A stretch of 63,809 nt of DNA, counting the filler, from Octopus bimaculoides (lineage: Eukaryota), in assembly GCF_001194135.2 (NCBI RefSeq). It is 4 parts of 4 records of this genome, joined end to end, with 100 filler letters (N's around TTAATTAATTAA, not from the genome) between each part and the next. Parts side by side here need not be neighbours in the genome. Positions count along the whole stretch, not along the records: positions 33,388 to 61,325 come from NC_068986.1; positions 61,426 to 63,809 come from NC_068997.1; 2 more parts are not named here. One strand, written 5' to 3'. Positions 50,286-63,421 of the stretch are shown here, in pieces (within the stretch, counting starts at the first letter, position 1; each line of letters starts with the position of its first letter). Made by a program: the position numbers and the translations under genes. A model generated the notes under the pieces. The model was given only the letters and a program-made list of their open reading frames with translations. It was not told where the DNA came from and did no database searches.

Positions 50286-52391
50286 TTAAATGAAGGGTCA
50301 GTCTTGAAATGCTAGCTTCCTCTTCTATCCAATGCACACAAACTAATCCAAACTCATGAACTTTTATTACCCTTTATATTTGTCTTTAGATTAGCTCAAG
50401 CTCTCTCTTACATGTTCTCAAGGATTAAGAAATAAATCTTATGTATCTTGTATCTCAGCTCAGCCCACCAACCAACCGTCTGTGACATGGTGAGGCTATA
50501 ACTCATGCAGATATCAAATCTCACCCAAGGTCACCTGACTGATTGATATGAGCTTGCTTGCCAACACACGCACAGACACACAAACACATACACACCTCTA
50601 ACCCACAGATGTTGCTATTTTCTTACTGCCTTTTCCAATATTACTACAATGACCTCCCTGTCCCTGGATCTAATGGTTCTCATGCCACCTCCGCTCATGT
50701 ACTTCCAACACATTTGTCTCTCCCCATCTATCACTCATATTGTATATACTTCCACTTGCTTTGCATAAACTAATTCAACCAGTTTTCCTTCCTCCAGTAT
50801 GTTAATCCTCTTCAATTCTCTTCATGCAAATATTCAGGAGGAGCATTAATCACATAGTTCTCACCAGTCTTGGAGGGTTACGAAGATTGTGGGCATAAGA
50901 CACCAAGTTTCAGACTAAACAATTGAATAAACAGAACAGTGCAGATTATATTATTCACACGTATTGCTATGATTGAGAGCAGGACCAAACAAACTGCACA
51001 TTAGACATCACATCAATGTGGTGTTCTATGTTAGATCGATGACTCGTCAGTCAATTAAACCTTCAGTATTTAAAATGGTCATATCTAGCTCAAAAATTCC
51101 AGCTGTTTTAGATTCAACCTGGCAATATTCAGCCCTTTACACCTACTCTACATCATTCTAAAACTAAACAAACACACCATCGAAATCTCAAAGCTAAAAG
51201 ATAATGCATGATTAATTCAAAACAATATGAAGAAATAAGTATTATATTCAACAGAGTTTATCTGAAGGCCTAAAGGGTTAAGGTAAGGATCACTGTTCAA
51301 GTGAAGGTGTGTTGCCTAGTAAAAGGGTTGCGCTCATGGTCAAAAAAATCATGGGTTCAATTCCTGAACCAAGTGGAGAGTTCTGGTCTTGAGCAAAATA
51401 TTCCATATTGGTCCAATCCACTCAGCTGTAAATGAGTAACCATGCAATGGACTGGGATCTCATTCAGTCAGTCATTTACACACCCAAGAAACTAAGTACA
51501 CGACCCTATGAGTCCTACAACTTGAGACAGTAACATCCAGAGGTCGATGATGATGACACTGGTTCAAACCCAGTGGGGTAACACAGACATTCAGCTTTTA
51601 TACCAGATTATCTAATTCCCCATTGTGCTCTTAAAATTACGGCACAATACACCAAGGTAGAAAAATAAAAGACATTCAACTTTTATGCAGTCATTCCAAC
51701 TATTCATGAACATCTTTATAATTTTCAGCATCATCAATTCCTGCTAACACAGAAAACAGGATTTTTTTTTTAAATCAACAAAAATAGAGAAAAACAAATG
51801 ACTTGATGTAAAAATCTTTTTCAAATACAATAGAGTTGGCAAATCTCATTAAGAACTTCACTACTTTTCTTAATTACTTTTTGATGAGTAGTGAAAAAAA
51901 AAACACTCACATACACACACAGAATTATTGTTCACATTGGATAGACCTGAACAAATTAACAAGTAATTAACAATGAAACTGGAGCTCTGATACCATTGAT
52001 GGAAAGAGAAGTAAATACAAACTTTCAGTATATATTTTTTCTTAAATATTTTCTTTACAAAAATTTCAATTATAATAAGCAACAATTAGTTTTTATAAGA
52101 GGAATATAAAACTAACAAATCTTGTAAAATAACTTCATTTTACATCCATTTTTCTGTGATGGCATAGGTTAGATGGATACTTATTGAAGGCAGTATTTTA
52201 CAGTTGGATGCTCTTCTTGTTATCTGTTTTGCAAGAGATTTTTTTTTTATTCCCTATAACTTAGCAGAGCTGCAGGATATAATGTTGCCCAGAAATGCAA
52301 ACACAACATTTTTAATTCAAGCAGTCTCATGCAAAGAAGCAGAAATAACAACTTCAGACAGACAGAGAGAGACAGAGACAGAGAGACAGAC

Positions 52392-52422
<31 letters not shown>

Positions 52423-52779
52423 CAAAGAGACAGACAGAGACAGACACACAGACAGAGAGAGACAGACAGGCACAGAGAGACACAGAGACAGACACACAGA
52501 CAGACACACAGACAGACAGACACAGAAACACACACACACACGCACGCACGCACGCACGCACGCACGCACACACGCACACAGCGAGCTTCCTTATAGCTTT
52601 TGTAGACTAAATTCACAAGGCATTAGCTGGTCCAAGGTTATAGTTGAAGGACCTTTGGCCCAAAGGGTTGTACACTCATACTAAACCCAAAACTATATGC
52701 ATTTGTGAATGATGATGACTACATGATAATTAAAACTTGTGTTTACTACAAATCTCACAATCAGAAAATAATCCTTTCT

Positions 52780-52985
52780 ACCAAAGGCACAAGGCCTGAA
52801 ATTTTGTGGGAGGGGGTAAGTCAATTACATCCCCCCAGTGCTTCACTAGTACTTACTTCATCAACCTCGAAAAGATGAAAGGCAAAGTCAACCATGGCAG
52901 AATTTGAACTCAGAACATAAAGACCAACTAAATACCACTAAGCACTTTGCCCAGCATGCTAACAATTCCACCACTTTGCTGCCAC
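52780..52985 (-). mobile_element. SINE family B, CpG-decayed
   Basis: GATGAAAGGCAAAGTCAACCATGGCAGAATTTGAACTCAGAACATAAAG. Confidence 0.8.
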
Positions 52986-53284
52986 ATTCAGAAAATAATG
53001 TGAAGAAATGAGATGGATGAAAAACTTAATGTCTCCCAGTTTGATACCACTATCAGGCACTTTGGGTGCTTTTAGTGAAGAGCACTTTGTGACAAGCATT
53101 TCAGCCAAGTCTCTAATTTGAGGATATTCTNNNNNNNNNNNNNNNNNNNNNNNNNNNNNNNNNNNNNNNNNNNNNNNNNNNNNNNNNNNNNNNNNNNNNN
53201 NNNNNNNNNNNNNNNNNNNNNNNNNNNNNNNNNNNNNNNNNNNNNNNNNNNNNNNNNNNNNNNNNNNNNNNNNNNNNNNNNNNN

Positions 53285-53570
53285 ATCATCATCATCATTT
53301 AACGTCCACTTTCCATGCTAGCATGGGTTGGACGATTTAACTGAGGACTGGTGAAACCGGATGGCAACACCAGGCTCCAATCCGATTTGGCAGAGTTTCT
53401 ACAGCTGGATGCCCTTCCTAACGCCAACCACTCTGACAGTGTAGTGGGTGCTTTTACGTGTCACCCGCACGAAGGCCAGTCAGGCAGTACTGGCAACGGC
53501 CACACTCAAAATGGTGTATTTTATGTGCCACCCGCACAAGAGCCAGTCCAGGGGCACTGGCAACGATCTC
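53285..53570 (-). mobile_element. SINE-like repeat, family D, with an internal duplication
   Basis: CATCATTTAACGTCC..TTTCTACAGCTGGATGCCCTTCCTAACGCC. Inverse copies lie at about 55730-55960 and 57790-58045. Confidence 0.7.
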
Positions 53571-53639
53571 GTTCGAAAATCCTTACACCGTTCTCGTTTA
53601 CTTGCTTCAATCTTTGGATTGCAGCCATGCTAGGACATT

Positions 53640-53880
53640 GCCTTGAATGTCAAACAAATCAACCCCAATACTTATTCTATCAGTCTCTTGCTGAAATTCT
53701 AGGTTACAAGCATGTAAACAAACCAACTTCAGGCAACAGTTGGGGACAAGCAGACACACACACACACGTACCAGGTTTCTTTCAGTTTTCATCTACCAAA
53801 TCCAGTCACAGGGGACCAAAGGCACAAGGTGCCATGCAGTGGGACTGAACCTGGTATTGTGTGGTTGGGAAACAAGCTTC
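53640..53880 (-). mobile_element. SINE family A, decayed
   Basis: TTTCAGTTTTCATCTACCAAATCC..CAGTGGGACTGAACC matches the family head in reverse complement. Confidence 0.7.
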
Positions 53881-54358
53881 TTACAACTAAATCTGCACGT
53901 TTCCTCAGCTTCACAGTTGTTTGGAAGAGTAACAAGGAGTAGATGGAATTTGTAAAATTATAAACATTACAAAATGATTGGAAACTGATGAAGAAAGAAT
54001 AGAGGCATTCCTTCTGAAACTGGTGGAGTATGTATATAGATGCATGGTTTAGTGGTTAGGATATTTGGCCCACAATAGTAAAATCATGAGTTTCATACCT
54101 GGTAGTGCAGTCTGCCTTTGTCTAAGGCACTTTATTTCACATTGTCCAGTGCACTCAGCCAGCAAAAATTAGTACCCGTAATTCAAAGGGCCAGCCTTGT
54201 CACACTCTGTGTCATGCTGAGTCTCTCCAAGAACTACATTAAGGGTACACATGTCTGTGGAGTGCTCAGCCACCTGTATGTTAATTTTCTGAGCAGGTTG
54301 TTCAGTTGATTGCATCAACTGGAACCTTTGTCATAATCAATGGAGTGCTAATAAAGAG

Positions 54359-54455
<97 letters not shown>

Positions 54456-54788
54456 CTAACTATGAAGGAATAATTCCAAATGGATTTTAGATACTTCATA
54501 GAGTCCAGTAACCAAAATGCTGGAGGGAGTTCTTTAAGAAACTCAACACATGACACACTTCAACATAAATCAACAATGGAGTTGAGCAACAGCTAGTGAA
54601 ATCTCTGTAGGCAGTATATAAATTGCTAATACTAGAATTCATTTTATGCAGATCCAAGATGCAGCTTGCTTATAATCTTTCTTCCCATAAATAACAAGAT
54701 GCTAAATATAATAAAGTCGACAAAAATGAAAACAGGTGAAGGAAGATTCAAATACAAGTAAAATAATAAAAAGGGAAAAGATGCATAC

Positions 54789-55093
54789 CTTTGAAATGGT
54801 AAATCCCTTTATCTGTTGCTTCCAGAAATATCAGATCATAAACTGATTTGTTGCACACATATTCTGCTTTAGTAGATCCAGCAACTTTGAAGGCAACAAA
54901 ACCAAACTCCCCCTTCATGACAAGAACAGGTCTGTTAACAAGTCGAATTCGGAATTTTTCCTTTTCTGAAATTACATCGCTGTTAGCAAGGAGACTACCA
55001 GTTGCTTTGTTGTAAATATAATAATCGTTAAAAGCTTTAATAGTAATGGATCCATCTCGTTGCCAGGTTAGATCAAACAGACAGTTGTTTTTG
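54789..55093 (-). CDS. FSCN: Fascin (actin-bundling protein), penultimate coding exon, beta-trefoil 3/4
   Basis: ttttttccag|C...AAAG|gtatgc, 305 nt (phase 2 to phase 1). Translates KNNCLFDLTWQRDGSITIKAFNDYYIYNKATGSLLANSDVISEKEKFRIRLVNRPVLVMKGEFGFVAFKVAGSTKAEYVCNKSVYDLIFLEATDKGIYHFK, aligning to fascin KNASCYFDIEW..LINRPIIVFRGEHGF..NRSSYD. Confidence 0.97.
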
Positions 55094-55508
55094 CTGGAAA
55101 AAAGAAAAAAAAAAAGGTATGGCTTAATAAAGATTATTTTTTAAAATATATATTTACTAAATAAAGATTATTTGAAAAAATATATATTTGCATCCACTGT
55201 TTGTTTATTTGTTTGTTCATTCATTAACCAAATTTGGCACACTCACCCCATCTGAGACTGCCTCTGGTTCTATAATACAAACTGCCTGTTTTAAATTATT
55301 CAAAATTAAACTTTACAAAGTTTCATTGTTAATATATGTTTGAAACACCAGTTTAATTATAAAGTTATTTCAATAAATTCTTTATATTTCATAATATTAA
55401 CTGAAACAAATAACATACATAAATCCATGTATCTCCTCCTACAGAAAGGCACCTGTTCCTGTCCCTCTATCAAACTTTAACCTCTTATCCTCTAACATTA
55501 ACCCACCT

Positions 55509-55730
55509 CCCTTTAGCATTCGGATTATTCTGTCACATGTAATGCTTCTTTATCCATAGTTTTTAATTAATCATGCATTATTTCATAGCTTTGAGATATT
55601 TTGAGATATAATTGCTTATTTTTAGACTGACATTGTAGCATAAGTGTGAGAAGTCAGATCTGGCTAGTTTGAACAATAAACAGGTAGAATATTTGGACCG
55701 GATATGGCCAGTTTAAATGCTAAAGGGTCA
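55509..55730. mobile_element. piggyBac-like MITE
   Basis: TIRs CCCTTTAGCATT (55509-55520) and AATGCTAAAGGG (55716-55727). A related copy lies at about 51055-51281. Confidence 0.7.
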
Positions 55731-58711
55731 TTACTACACCCTACCTCTAAGATGAGGGGTTTTATCTTGCGAGTTACTTGGTGACATTAGTGGTGCTGGT
55801 GCCACATAAAAGCACCTAGTACACCTCTGTGAAGTGGTTGGTATTAGAAAGGCCATCCAACTGTAGAAATCATGCCAAAGCAGACATGGCTGCTTGGCAC
55901 AGTCCTCTGTCTGGCCAGCACCTGTTGAACCATCCAGCCTATACCTGCATGGAGAAACAGATTTTAAATAGTAATGAGGAGGGGGATGACAGTCTCGTAC
56001 AATTTCCACGTACCAATTTCATTCACAAGGCATTGGTCAGTCCAGAGCTGGGGAAGAAAATATTTGTCATAGATACCACACAGTGGGACTGATCCACAAA
56101 CCATATGGTTGTGAAGCAACCATCTGAACCACACAGCTATATCCTTATCTTTCTATATATTTGATCTAAATCCTGTTATTATGTGTGTGTGCTATAGGAC
56201 GATGGATAAGTTACTCATAAACGGAATCCAGAAGTTGATTTTATTGTTTTGATAACATGCATTATGCTAATGTCTGCAGAGAAAGTAATGATTATCACAC
56301 AATCATCATACAACATTGTTTCCATATTTGCCAAAATAATTCAAATATAGCATATTAGTCATTAACTAAAATAGTGTTGTTTACTTAGTAGCCATGTTTT
56401 CTCTGGTTAGCTTTTTAATGGCTCTTGCATCAATTAGGTTAACATCAACTTAAATTTTTTTTCCATGCCGGTGGCACCTTGCTGTGTTGTTTAAAATCGT
56501 TGCCTTGTGTATAAATAAGAATTCATTATTAAACCCTGCTGTTATGCAAATATGAAATACAGAGTTGAGATTCATAGTTTGGATATGTATGAATATGAAT
56601 TGTAGATATGCCATATTTTTAATATAATAACTGAACATGTACTTGTTAATATACAAACTAGTATTTGTTAATCTACAGAATGTTAATGAAAGTTTTAAAT
56701 GTACAATTGACCCGGTTCCCATTCTGATGCCAAATAGGTTTGGAGTATTTAAGACTGGGACATGGTTAGAGAATTAAAAACAAAAGAATGAACAGTTAAT
56801 AAAATGACCACAGCTCAAGGAAATGAATAAGATGAAAATCATTATTGTATAGGCAATATAATAAATTTTTGTTTTAATGTTGGTTGGTGGTTCCATTCTG
56901 GACCAAGCTTGAGAGGTCTGCAGTGAAGAACATCATTCTATACATATTGGATCCAATAAAATTATATATTTCTAAAACTCAACATTCTTAGAGATCTAAA
57001 TGGCTTCATTCCAAGTCTTTTTTAATCTACCTCATCTCAAGTACCAGCAACAGACACCACTCTTTGATTGAAGTGCATATTTCAGTCACATTATATCTCT
57101 CCAGCGTGATATTAGTGAAAGTCTTCTTGTGCTGCTCATATAAGTCTATGTCTGCTGTTAGTTACTCCAGTACACTTGAAGTTCTAATTTCTCTCACTAC
57201 AAGAAATTTTACTGCACCTACTGAGCACCAATTTGTAAAAGGGCAGGCAATAGACCGATCGAACTTTAAAAAATGTTGTATCTATCAGAACAACAGTTGA
57301 TGTGAAAAAGCAGAAGTTAATTCATTACTTGAATGGGTTATAAGAACAACTAAATTCTTCTGCTGTTATTGCTTAACTCCAGATCAGTGCTCTGGTTGAG
57401 CAAGCCTATCATTAAAGGCATTCCAGATGAGACCAACCAGTACCATTTTTTTTTTTACAGATGTAGTATATTAAAGACTACATAATCCAATATATACTTC
57501 CATTTTCTAAAGGTAGTAGTGCGTAAAATGAGAAAAATTTGGTTGCTTTTTCTAGCAATCTGAGATCAACAGAGGCTTTCTCACTGTTTGTTATATAACT
57601 TGATAGCAATGGAAATATAAAACAGATATCTGTGACTGATATTATTTAGTAAATCAACTCATTTTCATTATCCACCCTCTTCCTGTATCAACTGTAAATG
57701 AATCAAAGTTATCCCTAAGCACCCTTCAAACTTTGGGCTTCACTGAAGGCAGTGATAAGTGACTGAGACCCTTGGCAATATTCTGTGCTTGAGAAGACCT
57801 GTCAAACCAAGTGAGATCATAATCATGGCCAATGCTGGTATTTCATAACCGACACCCATGCCAGTGGCATGTAAAAAGCACCCACTACACTCTTGGAGTG
57901 GTTGGTGTTAGGAAGGGCATCCAGCTGTAGAAACCATGCTAAATAAGATTGGAACATGATGCAGCTTACCAGTTTTCAAGTCAAACTATCTACCCCATGA
58001 CAGCATGGAAAACAGACGTTAAATGATGATGATGATGATGATGCTACGATTGCTACTTTTTTGTCAGACTAATTTATTAAAATGTCTTCTTGACCATATT
58101 TTAAGGACACCCCACCCCAAAAAAAAAACATTATTATTCAGGTCACTGCCTGGAATTGAACTCGGAATCTTGGTGTTAGTAACCCGTGCTCTTAACCACT
58201 ACACTATGCCTGTGTGATTCATATAACTGAAAATAGCAAAAATTTGGAAGGATTTAAGTAAAACAGCTTCTACAGTTATAGATAGATCTGATGTTTCAAG
58301 CCTAATAAAAGGTTCTCACATAGATTTACATAACGAACAATGGATGAGTATCTTTTATATGTGGTCACTCAACTCATTAGAAATAGCAGTCAGAGCACAT
58401 CCTGACATCTCAAATTGGAATAACAGATTAGATAATGGAGTACTAGACAACTCTGAAAAAGGTATATAGTCATGGCTGGAATGCCTTTCATTACAGGTCT
58501 GTTTGATCATTGTTGACCTGAGGCGAAACAGCAGTAATGACAGACAAACTAGGTTTGAGAGATGATCATAGAATATCATATCCCCCAATTAAATGTTTAA
58601 ATACGGAGAGAGAATGTTAATCCTATTATAATTTTATTAATATATTACTGGTGCGCTTCTACAGAAAACTATTTTAGATTTTTGCCTGGAAGAGAAAGCA
58701 AGTGAGAGAAA

Positions 58712-58761
<50 letters not shown>

Positions 58762-59279
58762 GCACATGTGTACTCGACTATAAAGTGGGACAGGGTTTAA
58801 ATGAGGATGAGAAAATTTTGCACTGTAAATCATTAATTACCCAAATTTACCTTCATTATTTTATGAATATTTATGTTTAAAGCAAGGTTTTCTGAAAACT
58901 GAAGTCTTCAATAATTGTACACACATGCATACATACATATATATATATAACTGAGTTGACAAAGAAATAAACAATTATCTTATGAGCTTCATTAGGTTAT
59001 AGCTGTTTCTGTTACAAGGTGCAGTGGAGTATCACTTTGTAGCTTCATCAGAGCTTCAAACTCATAGCAGAAACAGTTGTGAGCTAATGAAGTTCTTAAG
59101 AGAACTTTATTACTTTATCATCTCAATTTCTTATTACTACTCTGTACTCAACTAATGCTTCATTCTACACCAAGGTATTAGTCTCACAATGCCTAATATA
59201 TATATAATGTGTGTGTATATATATATATATATATACATACACACACACACACACACACACACATACATACATACACACA

Positions 59280-59445
59280 CAAGTGCAGGCATGTGTTTAA
59301 GAAGTTTGCTTCCCAACAACATGATCTCAGGTTTAGTCCCACTGCATGGCACTTGGAATGTCTTCTAATATAAGCCTTGAACTTACCAAAAACATTGAGT
59401 GAACTTGATAGACAGAAACTGAAAGAAGCCCATCATGTACATATA
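59280..59445 (+). mobile_element. SINE family A head, CpG-decayed
   Basis: AAGAAGTTTGCTTCCCAAC..AGAAACTGAAAGAAGCCC followed by (TA)n. Confidence 0.75.
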
Positions 59446-60301
59446 TATATANNNNNNNNNNNNNNNNNNNNNNNNNNNNNNNNNNNNNNNNNNNNNNNNN
59501 NNNNNNNNNNNNNNNNNNNNNNNNNNNNNNNNNNNNNNNNNNNNNNNNNNNNNNNNNNNNNNNNNNNNNNNNNNNNNNNNNNNNNNNNNNNNNNNNNNNN
59601 NNNNNNNNNNNNNNNNNNNNNNNNNNNNNNNNNNNNNNNNTATATATATATATATATATACATACACACATACATACATGTGTGTGTGGGGAGTGGGGTG
59701 TCTTCTTATTTTAACATCACATGATAGTTGTACAAGATTGCCACTGATATACATGCTGTATCATTCATTTCCAATATTCTATGGAAACATGTCTGGCTGT
59801 GGGGAAATATTGCCTTACTTGGAAACAAGTCAGGGTTAGGGGGACAGAAAGGGCCTCCAGCCACAGATCTGCCTCAGTAAACTTTGTCCAAACCTATGCA
59901 AGCATAGGTTGGACAAAAAATGGATGCTAAAACGATGATGATGTATGTATGTATGTTTGTATGCATGTATATAAATGTAGTGTTGATGTTTGTTTGTATG
60001 CCTTGAACTGTCACTATTTCTCTATGAATGTTAATAAAAAATTTGCATATAATTGCAAAATCAGTCTAGAATAACATATGAAGAAAAATCCTGGGTCCAA
60101 AGCACTCTTGGGGTAATTGAAGGAGTCAACGAAAGACACACACACACCAACACACTTTCTCATGCATCTTTCTTAGATGACACTGTATAGAGTATATACT
60201 GGAATGTTGTGTTTAGTAAAACATGGATAGCAGTTTCTAATATTCTGAGACAAATTTTCTTTAGCCTCTGCATTATGAAGAGCCAAAGAAAGGCTAGCAA
60301 C

Positions 60302-60350
<49 letters not shown>

Positions 60351-60964
60351 TGTGTAACTGGTGCTTATTTTTATGTGAGTCAACAATATTCAATATACAC
60401 ACAAGTCTTATAGAGCATACTATGTATATTTTTAGTGGTTGTAGCAACTACAGATACTAAACAGTCAATATAGCACACAACACCTTTGAGCAAACTGCCT
60501 TGAGGGTCATTGTGTCAAAATGGTACAAGACTTTAGTTCAACCAGCATTAACAGACTAAGGAGAAAAGTGGCTGCAAATATACCGCCTGCACTGATATGT
60601 AATCCTCATATTTGCAACATCTGCAGGCTACTTTGCAAATCATTGGCAAATCAAATGTTACAATTGACATAAGCATTATGACTGATAAAGAAAGTGTAGG
60701 TTGTTGGATCTTCCTATGTCAAAACTGACAGGAGAGTCGTTATAGATGATTAATAGAAAATGGATTGAGCAACACTTTATTAGATAACACTTCAATTGTT
60801 TCAACAATCTTTGTAGAGCAAACTACTAGGTTTATATCTATATTTAATTTACATATACACACACACACACACACATTTAGATATATCTCCTCTCTCTCTC
60901 TCTCCCTCTGTGCGCGCACGCGTGTGCGTGTGTGTGTGTACGCGTGTGTGTGTGTGTGTCTCCT

Positions 60965-61220
60965 TTTTTCACTCTCCTATCTTAGAAAGAACTTTTCCCC
61001 CACCACCTCCTCTTCCGGTCTTTTCATAATGTAACCTCGTGGGCATCGGTACCATTTTCCTCTTTCTCCGTTCTTCCATTCCCCGAACTTTCCATCTTTC
61101 CGACGAAGGGCTGCGCCCGAAACGTCATACACTCTCTCTTTCCTTTCCTTAGCGTCCAATAATACTATCCATATCACGTCCTCACTTTGTTGTTTTTTTT
61201 TTGTTATTGTTTTTTTGAAC
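60965..61220 (+). mobile_element. Related Penelope-like short repeat with a hammerhead-like motif
   Basis: CCGACGA-A-GGGC-TGC-GCCC-GAAA-CGTC at 61100-61126. Shares the downstream AGCGTC..TAATAC..GTCCTC..TGTTGTTTT pattern with 6640-6812. Confidence 0.6.
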
Positions 61221-61325
61221 TATATATATATATATATATATATACTACCAAACAAACATGATTTTTATTGGACTCAAATTACTTAGTGCAGTCCCGTTCT
61301 TGAATACTTTCTTGTAAACTGTTTT

Positions 61326-61425
61326 NNNNNNNNNNNNNNNNNNNNNNNNNNNNNNNNNNNNNNNNNNNNTTAATTAATTAANNNNNNNNNNNNNNNNNNN
61401 NNNNNNNNNNNNNNNNNNNNNNNNN
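61326..61425. other. Artificial scaffold join: 44 N + TTAATTAATTAA + 44 N
   Basis: Same 100-bp structure as at 10728-10827. Confidence 0.95.
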
Positions 61426-61512
61426 TTACTTAATAAAATTTATAATGCGGACATATTAGTATGATTATATTGCAGCTTATACATGCATATACATACATAT
61501 ACATGTGGCGGT

Positions 61513-61566
61513 GGTGGTGGTGCTCGGGGTGGTGGTGGTGCTCGGGGTGGTGGTGGTGCTCGGGGT
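61513..61566 (+). repeat. Three perfect 18-bp G-rich tandem units GGTGGTGGTGCTCGGGGT
   Basis: Direct reading. Confidence 0.95.
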
Positions 61567-62169
61567 GGTGGTTTTGGTGATACAGGTGCTGGTGCTAGTG
61601 CCGGTGTTGTTACTGATACTGCTTGTGCTGATAGAGGAAGTGGTATTATGAAGCAGAAGCTTTTCTGAAAATTTAGCAGGAGTTCAGAAAAGCTGGAGAT
61701 ATTCTTACGGAATTTAGTTCCGATTTCATATGTCATCGGATTCCTTGTCTCAGCTTAGTTATTTAGGGACCACTATAATCAGTACGATTTTTAAATGAGC
61801 GTTTCTTGTAAATTATAATCACTATTATTTTCATATTAAAATTTGCTGTTTAAATAAATATATGGCGAGAGATAAATACTTAAGGGCAATTTATTTCCTC
61901 TCATTTCATTTGATTTACGGCATTATTTTCCATGAGTATTTTCGAAATATACTATGTAGCAACAGTACAGATAATAATGAATTTAATTATAACTAATACC
62001 TAAATCAGTAGAACTAAAATCATGATATATTCTATACATATATCCTGATATACCAAATATGCATCAACAGATTTTACGAACGTTGACGCCAACACCATCA
62101 AAGCAAAAGTAACAATGTAAATCAAATATTAAAAAAAATTATAACCACCTCGTTATTTAGGGAGTTAAA

Positions 62170-62830
62170 GTGACAAGATGACAGAATCGTTATCACGCCA
62201 GTGAAAATGATTAGAGACATTTCGTCCGTTTTCACACTGTCAAAAATTCCGCGGTGGGCGTCTTTGACTTTTCTCCTATCGGAGGCGATAAGATATGTAT
62301 GTGCTTAGTACTGAGATTGATGTTATCGACTTAGCTCCTCCCACAAAGCTGCTGGCCTGTTCCAAAAATTTTGAAGCCAATATTTTTTTGCAGTTTAAAG
62401 CTATGATCTGGCAGAATCGTTAATACTTGACGGAATTTGTCCGCCTTTATGTTCTGAGTTCAAATGCTGCTGATGCCAGTCTCGCATCTTTCATCTAGAG
62501 TCGATAAAATATGTACGAGTTGAGTACCTGGGTCAAGGAAATCGGTGTACCCCATTCCTCAAAATTGATGGCATTGTCCGAATATTTAAAACCAATATTA
62601 CCTACGCTATTATGATTTTGCTTTTATTTTCTGTTCGGATACTTATAGCCTGTTGTCACAATACTTTGGGTGATTTCTTTCGATTCCTTACGTTCTTAGT
62701 ACAAATCCCGCCAGAGTTAACATTAGCTTTCATTCTTTCGGGTGGATAATATATATAAAGTACCAGTGAAGTATTGAGCTCAATGAAATTGACTTGCCCA
62801 TCCTTGCGAAATGACATGGCCTTCTGTCGA
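62170..62830 (+). mobile_element. Three head-to-tail diverged SINE family B copies
   Basis: Repeated GCAGAATCGTTA / TTCTGAGTTCAAAT / CTTTCAT motifs at about 62180, 62410 and 62690. Confidence 0.7.
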
Positions 62831-63147
62831 AGTTTGATAGAATAACTTTAGTTAGTTATTGTTTTATATCATTATAAGGTAACAATGGATTATCTTAACT
62901 TTAATATTCTTTTCGTATGAAGTAAATCAGGTTTCTCAGTAAACAAAAATTGTGGTGCTCAGTTAGGCTTGCATAATCTATTTTTGCAGAATCGATAATG
63001 CTTAACGTATGCATTTCTGAATATGTAGAAATAACCTATCAAAACATATAAGTATTTCTAAACATAGTTACAAAAATAAATACATGCGTGCGCTTGTGTA
63101 TTTTCTTGTTTGTGTGTGTCTGTGTGTGTGTGTGTGTGTGTGGGTGT

Positions 63148-63181
<34 letters not shown>

Positions 63182-63384
63182 GTGTGCATGTGCTCGATAA
63201 TGATATACCTCAAGCTGCTTCCNNNNNNNNNNNNNNNNNNNNNNNNNNNNNNNNNNNNNNNNNNNNNNNNNNNNNNNNNNNNNNNNNNNNNNNNNNNNNN
63301 NNNNNNNNNNNNNNNNNNNNNNNNNNNNNNNNNNNNNNNNNNNNNNNNNNNNNNNNNNNNNNNNNNNNNNNNNNNNNNNNNNNN

Positions 63385-63421
<37 letters not shown>

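Noticed and set aside
61483-61668. Gly/Arg RGG-like ORF (Pro-rich on minus)
   Set aside because: Product of the 18-bp repeat and (GGT)n decay, with no exon boundaries. Kept only as a DNA-structure note.
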